From positions 256,001 to 320,000 of the forward strand of contig OY762492.1 in the NCBI GenBank assembly GCA_963665845.2: a DNA stretch of 64,000 nucleotides. The letters are read 5' to 3'. Both the position numbers and the translations under genes were made by a program. Shown here one piece after another: positions 56,983 through 64,000 of the stretch. Numbering within the stretch: position 1 is the stretch's first letter; the number at the start of each line of letters is the position of its first letter. The DNA is from Candidatus Poribacteria bacterium (GTDB lineage Bacteria > Poribacteria > WGA-4E > GCA-2687025). The notes below the pieces were generated by a model, which ran no database searches, had not been told where the DNA came from, and saw only the letters and a program-made list of their open reading frames with translations.

Positions 56983-58148
56983 CGGGTGTCTAGGATGCCC
57001 AGTTCTCGGTCGATGTCGTCTTGGTATCCAGTGATGCGGCACGCTTCCACCTGGCGCAGGTTCACCGGCGCGTTGATCCAGGCAGATTCAAGCGCGCCCA
57101 TGCAGATCGCCATCGCTTTCATCCCGATGACGCCGTCCGTTTCGGGGTAGTAGGAGTCGTCGCGTATCGACTGCGCGAATTCCCACAGCTCGGTGGCGAT
57201 GGAGTTTTCGACGCCGGCGGGATAGGTTCGTTCGCGTTCGTCGTCCGAGAGGCTGTCGCGGTAGTCGCCGACAACGTTCTTCGTTTCCTGTCCGCGGAGG
57301 GTCAATCCGCCGCCGAAGTCAAGCGAGCCGTCTTCGCCGTAGATGATGTGCTGGTTGAAGCCGCGTCCAGGCGCGGCGCGCACCGACGACCATTCCGCGA
57401 CCGCGCCGTTGGCAAACTGAACGATGGCGATGCAGGAGTCCTCGTTGGTGACCCAGATCGGGTCCTGTTTGGCGGCTCCGTCGCGGTATCGGCGCGGATC
57501 GAAGCTGCGCGCGTGGGCGAACACCTCGGTCGCTTCGCCGAGGAAGTAGATGAACTGGTCGGTGTAATGGACGCCGCCGTCCAGAACCCAGCCGGCTCCG
57601 GCGTCCAGTTTGGAGTCGCGCCATCCCCATGGTCCCAGCGCTTCGCCGTAATCGATGTAGACGAGCAGCCGCGGCGCGCCGATCATGCCGCGGTCGATTG
57701 CCCATTTGGTCGCGCGCCGCCCGGGAGAACGGCGGTAGTTTTCGGCGACAGCGAGAATCTTGTCGTTGCGCCGGGCGGCGTTCAGCATGAGCGCGCATGC
57801 TTTCATCGTCACGCCGAGCGGTTTTTCGATGATCACATGCTTCCCGGCGTCCAGGGCGGCGACCGCCAGTTCATGATGGACGCGGTGAAGGGCGCAGATG
57901 TCGACCGCTTCAATGTCCGGTTCTTTGTCAAGCATTTCATGGATGTCGGTGTAGACGTTCGGTTTTTTGCCGTCTTGCAGTTCGGCGGCTTGGTTGGCGC
58001 GTCCTTCGGCGGCGTCGCGGCGGATGTCGCATGTCGCGGCGAATTCGACGTTCAGGATGCCGGCGTCCAGCAGGTTTCGGTAACCTCCCATGTGCGCTCC
58101 GGAGATGCCGCCGCAGCCGACAAGACCGATACGAACCTTTTCAGACAT
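56961..58148 (-). CDS. Gfo/Idh/MocA family oxidoreductase
   Basis: IGLVGCGGI, IEKPL, AENYRR, DGGVH. Confidence 0.9.
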   Translation of the reverse strand: MSEKVRIGLVGCGGISGAHMGGYRNLLDAGILNVEFAATCDIRRDAAEGRANQAAELQDGKKPNVYTDIHEMLDKEPDIEAVDICALHRVHHELAVAALDAGKHVIIEKPLGVTMKACALMLNAARRNDKILAVAENYRRSPGRRATKWAIDRGMIGAPRLLVYIDYGEALGPWGWRDSKLDAGAGWVLDGGVHYTDQFIYFLGEATEVFAHARSFDPRRYRDGAAKQDPIWVTNEDSCIAIVQFANGAVAEWSSVRAAPGRGFNQHIIYGEDGSLDFGGGLTLRGQETKNVVGDYRDSLSDDERERTYPAGVENSIATELWEFAQSIRDDSYYPETDGVIGMKAMAICMGALESAWINAPVNLRQVEACRITGYQDDIDRELGILDTRWNVWAT

Positions 58149-58235
58149 AATGAGCCTTTCTGTGCTTGTGTCCGGTTGACCATACCATATCCGACCGCCG
58201 CAAACAAACGCGCCTTCCTCATGCGTCATTCGCGC

Positions 58236-58264
58236 TTGACGCATGCGCCTGTCTGCGCAATACT
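58236..58264 (+). promoter_or_regulatory. Putative sigma-70 promoter of the R-M gene
   Basis: TTGACG-N17-AATACT, then GGAGA RBS. Confidence 0.35.
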
Positions 58265-58292
58265 GAATAGGCAACGCAAATGGAGAAACGCG

Positions 58293-61184
58293 ATGGCGCG
58301 CCATGCGGAATCGAACCCGAACTTCAAACTTGCCGAAATGCTGCAGCGCATGGCGCCAAAAAGCCGCATGGAAGCGGAAAAAACAGGCGTCCTAGAAAAA
58401 AGCAAAGGGCTAAGACCCGACATACTGATCGCCGCCGACGGAAGATCGCCCGTCGTCATCGAGGCGGAATACCTTCCCGCTCCAAACGTCGAAAACGAAG
58501 CGCTGGACAGGCTCGGCGAACGCGTCGTCCATGAACAGCGGCACATCGAAGCGGTCGTTGCGCTGCGCTATCCTGAACAGCTGAAAAATGCCGAGAACAT
58601 TGAAGCGGCGCTGAAAAACGCGCGGCTTCAGTACTGCTTTTTTCAAGAAAGCGGCGCCGTAGACAAGCCGACCCGCTTTCCGGAAACAGGCTGGCTGGAA
58701 GGCGCTATCAGCGACCTGTCAGACATGGTACGCATGATCAGCGCGCCGCAAAAAGAGGTGGAGCAAGCGGCGGAGTTTCTTGAAACAGCGATTGAAAACG
58801 CGGCGCGCGTCTTAGACAACGCCGCCGAAACGCGACCCGAATTGTCTAAAGAAATCGCCCGCTTGCTCGGCATGTCGAATGTGCCGCAAACGCGCCGCAT
58901 GGCATGCGCCATCCTCGCCAACGCTCTCGCCTTCCATGAGCGAATCGCCGGCATGCATAGCGGCATTCGCCCGCTCTCCGCCGTCATCCGCGCGCCGCAT
59001 CCGCAGATCGACATGCTGGAAACCTGGGAGCAGATACTCGCCATCAACTATTATCCGATCTTCGCTGTCGCTCAAGATATTCTGACGCAGTTGACAGCGG
59101 ACATCGCCCAAGAGGTTCTGTCGAGGCTGCGTTACGCCGCCCAAGGCGCCCACATCACGAACGCCCATGAGCTGACAGGACGCGTCTTTCAACGGCTCAT
59201 CTCCGACCGAAAATATCTCGCCACCTTTTACACCCGCCCGTATTCAGCGGCGCTGCTGGCAAGGCTCGCCGTCAGCAAACTGCGCGGCGTCAACTGGAAA
59301 TTCCGCGAGTCGATTGAACGGCTCAAGATCGCCGACTTCGCATGCGGGACCGGCGCATTGCTCTCCGCCGTCTATGACCAGATCGCCGCGCTGCATGAGC
59401 GGGAGGGAGGAAACCTGGACGACCTGCACCCCGCCATGATGCAGGAGGTACTGCACGGCGCGGACGTCATGCCGTCCGCCGTCCATATTACCAGCGCGAC
59501 CCTCTCCGGCGCGAGACCCGACATCGACTACGGCGACTCGCGCGTCTATACGATGCCCTACGGCAGACAGACCGACAACACGGTCAAACTCGGCTCGCTG
59601 GAACTGCTGACGAACAGCAGCATCGATACGCTCTTCAACACGACCGACCCGGCAAAGCGCACCGGCAGGCATGGCGAAGAGACGGCGGCGCAGATCAACG
59701 TCGAGATCAAAGATGAATCGTTCGACCTTGTCATCATGAATCCGCCGTTCACCCGAACAACCGCGACTGGAGGCGAGTATGCCGGGACATACGCCGCCGC
59801 TTTTGCCGCTTTCGGCGCAACCGTTGACGATCAAAAGACGATGTCGGATCGAATGCAATCATTGAAAGGAGGCTCGTGTTACAACGGCAATGCGGGTATG
59901 GGGTCGGCGTTCGCTGCGTTGGGAGATAAAAAGTTAAGGCCCGGCGGCGTGTTGGCTTTAGTGCTGCCGTTAACCGCGATATCAGGACAATCTTGGTCAA
60001 AAATGCGGCAGATGCTGGCAAGCAATTTTACCGATATAGATGTTCTGAGCATCGCCGCTCCAAACACACGAGACGTCTCTTTCTCGGCGGATACGGGCAT
60101 GGCGGAATGCTTGATCGTGGCGCGCAAAAAAGCGGCGCGCCATGAATTGCATTCAAACGCCGCTCGCTTCACCTCTCTAAGACGACGGCCGCAGAATTTT
60201 GCGCATGCGGCTGAAGTCGCAAAGCGGATCGAATCCGCGGACACTGTTCGGCGTCTGGAGGACGGACCGTACGGCGGCGCGCCTGTGTCCGTTGGCGGCG
60301 ACCGAGAGGGTGAAGCGCTCGTTGGACCTATCAGCGCTGACGGCGACGCCTGGGAACTCTCGCGCATTGTGGATTATTCCGTTGCGCAAGCCGCTTATGC
60401 GCTAACGAATTCTACTCTATGGCTGCCAGGCCTCCATGATCCGATTGAAATTCCGATGGTTCCGCTTAATCAAATAGGTCGACGGGGATTTCACGATTTA
60501 GCCATAGTGGGGTATAAAGGATATTTTATTAAAGACCGCCCCAGCTCTACGGCAACATACCCATCGCTATGGAATCATGACGCTAAGAAAGAGACGCGGA
60601 TCGTTTGCGAACCTGATTCGCAGTTGCATGTTCAGCAAGGCAAGGAAGCAAAGGCGGCGGAAGTTTGGGCGACTGCCAGCCGGTGTCATCACAATAGAGA
60701 TTTCACATTGGGATCGCAGCCGCTAGCTGTCGCATTCACAGAAAAAAGAACAGCGGGCGGGCGCGCATGGCCAAACGTTGTTTTTGACGATACGCGGTTC
60801 GATTTTGCGTTTGCGTTATGGGGAAACAGCTCCCTCGGTATTCTCATGCACTGGTGGCATGCCAGCCGTCAACAGCCAGGAAGAAGCATCATAACGGTCA
60901 CTGGCATCGTATCGCTCCCGACGCTAGACCTGCGCGCCTTGTCGGACGAGCAGCTGTCTCTCGCCGAGGTCATCTTTGACCGCTTCCGCGGGGTGGAGTT
61001 CAAGCCGGCGTATATCGCCGATTTGGACGGGTCGCGCGCCGATCTGGACCGCGCCGTTCTGTGCGAGCTGCTGGGTTTGGAGGAGGCGGTTTATTTCGCC
61101 GTGCGCGAGTTATGCGCCAAGTGGGCAGCGGAGCCTTCCGTTCATGGCGGCAAGCCCCGCCCTGACGCGCCCTTCGCTGTCTAA
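58293..61184 (+). CDS. Fused restriction-modification enzyme (type IIG-like: nuclease, N6-adenine MTase, target recognition region)
   Basis: RPDILI..VVIEAEY, ATFYT, DFACGTG (motif I), MNPPF (motif IV). Confidence 0.8.
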   Translation: MARHAESNPNFKLAEMLQRMAPKSRMEAEKTGVLEKSKGLRPDILIAADGRSPVVIEAEYLPAPNVENEALDRLGERVVHEQRHIEAVVALRYPEQLKNAENIEAALKNARLQYCFFQESGAVDKPTRFPETGWLEGAISDLSDMVRMISAPQKEVEQAAEFLETAIENAARVLDNAAETRPELSKEIARLLGMSNVPQTRRMACAILANALAFHERIAGMHSGIRPLSAVIRAPHPQIDMLETWEQILAINYYPIFAVAQDILTQLTADIAQEVLSRLRYAAQGAHITNAHELTGRVFQRLISDRKYLATFYTRPYSAALLARLAVSKLRGVNWKFRESIERLKIADFACGTGALLSAVYDQIAALHEREGGNLDDLHPAMMQEVLHGADVMPSAVHITSATLSGARPDIDYGDSRVYTMPYGRQTDNTVKLGSLELLTNSSIDTLFNTTDPAKRTGRHGEETAAQINVEIKDESFDLVIMNPPFTRTTATGGEYAGTYAAAFAAFGATVDDQKTMSDRMQSLKGGSCYNGNAGMGSAFAALGDKKLRPGGVLALVLPLTAISGQSWSKMRQMLASNFTDIDVLSIAAPNTRDVSFSADTGMAECLIVARKKAARHELHSNAARFTSLRRRPQNFAHAAEVAKRIESADTVRRLEDGPYGGAPVSVGGDREGEALVGPISADGDAWELSRIVDYSVAQAAYALTNSTLWLPGLHDPIEIPMVPLNQIGRRGFHDLAIVGYKGYFIKDRPSSTATYPSLWNHDAKKETRIVCEPDSQLHVQQGKEAKAAEVWATASRCHHNRDFTLGSQPLAVAFTEKRTAGGRAWPNVVFDDTRFDFAFALWGNSSLGILMHWWHASRQQPGRSIITVTGIVSLPTLDLRALSDEQLSLAEVIFDRFRGVEFKPAYIADLDGSRADLDRAVLCELLGLEEAVYFAVRELCAKWAAEPSVHGGKPRPDAPFAV

Positions 61185-61191
61185 TGAATTC

Positions 61192-61293
61192 GTCATTCCC
61201 GCCCTTGCGGTAACACGCGCGGGAATCTAGAGGCGCCTTAGAGGCTGCCCGCGTTCGCCCGCCGGCATGTCCCAACTAAAGACGTAAGGTCAG
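61192..61293. repeat. Composite long A plus B repeat
   Basis: gtcattcccgcccttgcggtaacacgcgcgggaatc ... catgtcccaactaaagacgtaaggtcag. Confidence 0.8.
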
Positions 61294-61299
61294 GGGAAC

Positions 61300-61467
61300 C
61301 TGACCTCATGCATAAAGTTGGGACATTTGAACCGACGATCGCTCTATTCATGGGAAAAAGACGCCGCCAACCAAACCGTCATTCCCGCGCAAGCGGGAAT
61401 CCAGAGTCTACCCAGAAACCGTCCGCGTTCACAACCAGAATTGTCCCAACTCTAAGGGTAAGGTCAG
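61300..61467. mobile_element. MITE-like element with module B TIRs, an internal module A and a 9-bp flanking direct repeat
   Basis: CTGACC...GGTCAG ends; CAGGGGAAC at 61291-61299 and 61468-61476. Confidence 0.65.
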
Positions 61468-61479
61468 CAGGGGAACCTA

Positions 61480-61509
61480 TTGACATCAGCCGGCGCCGGC
61501 GCGTATCAT
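61480..61509 (+). promoter_or_regulatory. Putative sigma-70 promoter
   Basis: TTGACA-N18-TATCAT upstream of the TPR gene. Confidence 0.5.
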
Positions 61510-61537
61510 ATACGTAATCAAAAGAAAGGGCGCGCGC

Positions 61538-62290
61538 ATGCATGAGCTTAGGAGGTTGGAAGACGGTCGGCTGTCGTTTCATTTCGGCGATTTTGCCGAG
61601 AGCATGAGAACGATTAGCGAGACGGCAGATTCGTTCGCCGTTCATTTGGATCGTTCCGCCGACGCAATGAGGCGGTTAGGCGCGGCGATGTCAAGCGCAA
61701 AAGAAACGCTTGACGCCGCTGGGGAAAACATTGACCAAACCAGTGTGTTCTGCCGCTTGTTTAAAAAGGCGCATGGACATTACAGCGAAGCGATCCGTTT
61801 GACAGCGGAGATAGACCTAGGGGAGGTTGCGCATTCCTTGTCGGCGAGTCTTTACCTTTGCCGCGGCCGTATCTCTTTGGTTTTGTACCAGTGGGGGGGC
61901 GATTCGACAGACACTCTCCATTCCGCAATTGCGGACCTCGTCAAGTCGGTTGAACTGGACCCCGCCGCTGAAACGCACATGCGCTTGGCGGAGGCGTATG
62001 TCGAATCGGACGACCTGGACGCCGCTATGGAGAGCCTTGAGAGCGCGACCCGCCTTGACATCAATTGCGCCGAGGCGTACCTCTTGAAAGGACTCATTCA
62101 CCGAGTAAGAGGCGAAGAGGAAGACGCGCACGAAGAAATCTTCGAGGCGATCTCTCTCGACCCCGACCTGTACCGAGAAGAGTTTGAGCCGATCATGCAG
62201 GCAGAACGGGAGTCGGAAGCTCTCTGGGACGAATTGCGGAGCCGACCCGAATTCGACGCCATGTTGGAGGAGCTGGAAAAAGAGCTCTAA
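61538..62290 (+). CDS. TPR-repeat protein with an antitoxin-like C-terminal tail
   Basis: YSEAIRL, AIADL.KSVELDP, AEAY..KG, AISLDP; tail ESEALWDELRSRPEFDAMLEEL. Confidence 0.75.
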   Translation: MHELRRLEDGRLSFHFGDFAESMRTISETADSFAVHLDRSADAMRRLGAAMSSAKETLDAAGENIDQTSVFCRLFKKAHGHYSEAIRLTAEIDLGEVAHSLSASLYLCRGRISLVLYQWGGDSTDTLHSAIADLVKSVELDPAAETHMRLAEAYVESDDLDAAMESLESATRLDINCAEAYLLKGLIHRVRGEEEDAHEEIFEAISLDPDLYREEFEPIMQAERESEALWDELRSRPEFDAMLEELEKEL

Positions 62291-62323
62291 GCGCCGCGAA
62301 GACAACGAAACGAGAAACCGCTC

Positions 62324-62631
62324 ATGCGAACGGAACGAAGCGAGAGTTTCGAAAAGGCGTACCGCAAACTTGATCCTGCCATTCAAAAGAAAGTCGACCG
62401 TAAGTTAAAATTATTTGACGAACGCCTAAAACTGCTCGGCTCCGACCTGCGCGAAATGGTTCATATCCAAGGCTTCAATTTGCACAAAGATAAAAAGGTC
62501 GCTGGTGGATTCGCATTGACCTCCTCTATCGAGTTGCAGGAAAATTAAAAGGCGGTTGGAAAGACGGAACCATGATCTGGTATTTTATCGGAAAGCACGG
62601 CGGCACATACGAACGACACAAACAACGATAA
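62324..62631 (+). pseudogene. RelE/ParE/HigB-like toxin split by a -1 frameshift
   Basis: Frame 0: SFEKAYRKLDPAIQKKV..FNLHK; -1 frame from about 62494: KGRWWIRIDLLYRV..WYFIGKH..*. Confidence 0.7.
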
Positions 62632-62722
62632 AGCAAGGATCGCCCAGCGGACAGCAGACGGCGCCCTCGTTGAGCCGTCCATTCATGGCGGAAAGCCCCG
62701 CCCCGCCTCCCCCTTCGCCGTC

Positions 62723-62828
62723 TAAACCCCCAGCCCCCTTGACAAGGGGGAGTCTACGAAGCCGCGCGCTCCGCAAGCGTCATTCCCGCCCTTGCCCCTT
62801 GCGGTAAAACGTAACGCGCCGGAATGAC
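62723..62828. repeat. Modules C plus variant long A repeat
   Basis: aaacccccagcccccttgacaaggggg; gtcattcccgcccttg...ggaatgac. Confidence 0.75.
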
Positions 62829-62916
62829 GAGAAGCCCGATTTGAGTAGGTTGCGCCGTCTCAACCGCTTTGCTAAGATGGGTTGTCTTTTGAACTGGCGA
62901 GAAGAGGAGACATACG

Positions 62917-64000
62917 TTGGATGCGGCGCAGCAGACCTTGTCAGATTCGGTACAGGTGTCGGGCGTTGGGTTGATGCTCGGCATGGAAGCGCGCTTGACG
63001 CTCAAGCCGGCTCCGCCTGACGCGGGCATTGTGTTTGTGCGGACGGACCTGGAAGGGCGTCCCGAAATCCCGGTCAACAGCGAGAGCGAGATCGCCGGGG
63101 CGGGGCGCAGCGCGGCGCTTGAACGAAACGGCGCGCGTGTTCAGACGGTTGAGCATCTGCTCTCGGCGCTCACAGGGATGGGCATCGACAACTGCATCGT
63201 TGAGATAAACGCGCCGGAGCCGCCCATCGGCGACGGAAGCGCGCTTCCGTTTGTCGAGGCGATACGGGAGGCGGGCGTACAGACGCAAGACGCCCCGCGG
63301 CGTTTTATTGAGATCGACGCGCCGATGGCGGCGGTGGACGGCGACCGCTCCGCGACGCTCTACCCAGAGGACGGGTTTCGCGCCGGCTTCGTGTTTGACA
63401 AGTACGACCGCCGCGGCGTTGCGAGCCAAGCGGCAACCTTCAACATCTCCCCAGAGACCTACGCGCGCGAAATCGCTCCAGCGCGCACCTTCTGTTTTGC
63501 GGATGAGATTGAGGCGCTCAAGGCGGCGGGCCTCGGCAAAGGCGCCAACGATGAGAACGTCATGGTCATCGACGACCGCGGCTTGCGCAATGGGCTGTTC
63601 CGTTTTGAGAACGAGCTGGCGCGCCACAAGCTGCTGGATCTGATTGGCGATCTGCGTTTGGCGGGGCGGATGCCGCGGGGTTATGCGCTGGCGGCGCGTT
63701 CGCAGCATGCGCTGAATCACCGCCTGGCGCAGCAGCTGCGCGAGCGAATCGACGCGGAGCGTTTTCGGTTGAATCCGCCGATGGGACCCGCGGAGATTGA
63801 AGCGGCGATACCGCACCGGTTCCCGTTTCTGCTGGTCGACCGCATCGTTTCCATCGAAGAGGGCAAGCGCATTACAGGGATCAAGTGCGTGTCGTATAAT
63901 GAGCCGTTTTTCCAGGGGCATTTTCCGGGGCATCCGGTCATGCCGGGCGTGTTGATTGCGGAGGCGCTTGCGCAAACGGCGGGCGTTCTGGTGAGTCGGC
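62917..64000 (+). CDS. lpxC-fabZ: Bifunctional LpxC-FabZ (partial, runs off the window)
   Basis: TTG start after GAGGAGA; [27 protein letters not shown], then [25 protein letters not shown]. Confidence 0.93.
   Translation, partial: MDAAQQTLSDSVQVSGVGLMLGMEARLTLKPAPPDAGIVFVRTDLEGRPEIPVNSESEIAGAGRSAALERNGARVQTVEHLLSALTGMGIDNCIVEINAPEPPIGDGSALPFVEAIREAGVQTQDAPRRFIEIDAPMAAVDGDRSATLYPEDGFRAGFVFDKYDRRGVASQAATFNISPETYAREIAPARTFCFADEIEALKAAGLGKGANDENVMVIDDRGLRNGLFRFENELARHKLLDLIGDLRLAGRMPRGYALAARSQHALNHRLAQQLRERIDAERFRLNPPMGPAEIEAAIPHRFPFLLVDRIVSIEEGKRITGIKCVSYNEPFFQGHFPGHPVMPGVLIAEALAQTAGVLVSR

Noticed and set aside
57021-58292. 1387-aa ORF suggesting a giant R-M protein
   Set aside because: The first 424 codons are the antisense shadow of the oxidoreductase at 56961-58148; an RBS and ATG at 58293 give the real start.
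62941-63975. 344-aa minus-strand ORF
   Set aside because: Antisense to the clear lpxC-fabZ gene.

Overview
A GC-rich bacterial window, mostly housekeeping and carbohydrate-metabolism genes: aspS, hisS, rarA, nagA, thyX, nadD, lpxB, lpxK, a partial lpxC-fabZ, an EF-G paralogue, a sulfatase, three Gfo/Idh/MocA oxidoreductases and ABC transporters. It also holds tRNA-Pro(CGG) and RNase P RNA. Gene content and a C-terminal SVxPAGKxxxxWGxxK motif suggest a Ca. Poribacteria-like diderm organism (inference only). Main unusual points: (1) one ORF fuses an NDUFA9-like atypical SDR to cytochrome c oxidase subunit III; (2) an accessory cassette region at 13.4-17.3 kb has a 172-bp duplication of the ubiA 3' end, two paralogous membrane-anchored proteins, an orphan gene tail and an ECF sigma; (3) three mosaic TolB-like propeller paralogues, one of which loses its C-terminal motif through an A10 homopolymer; (4) a small defence-like island with a fused restriction-modification gene, a TPR protein with an antitoxin-like tail and a frameshifted RelE/ParE-like toxin; (5) modular intergenic palindromic repeats, one copy with TIRs and a 9-bp flanking duplication. 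All calls come from motif reading by eye; no database searches were run.
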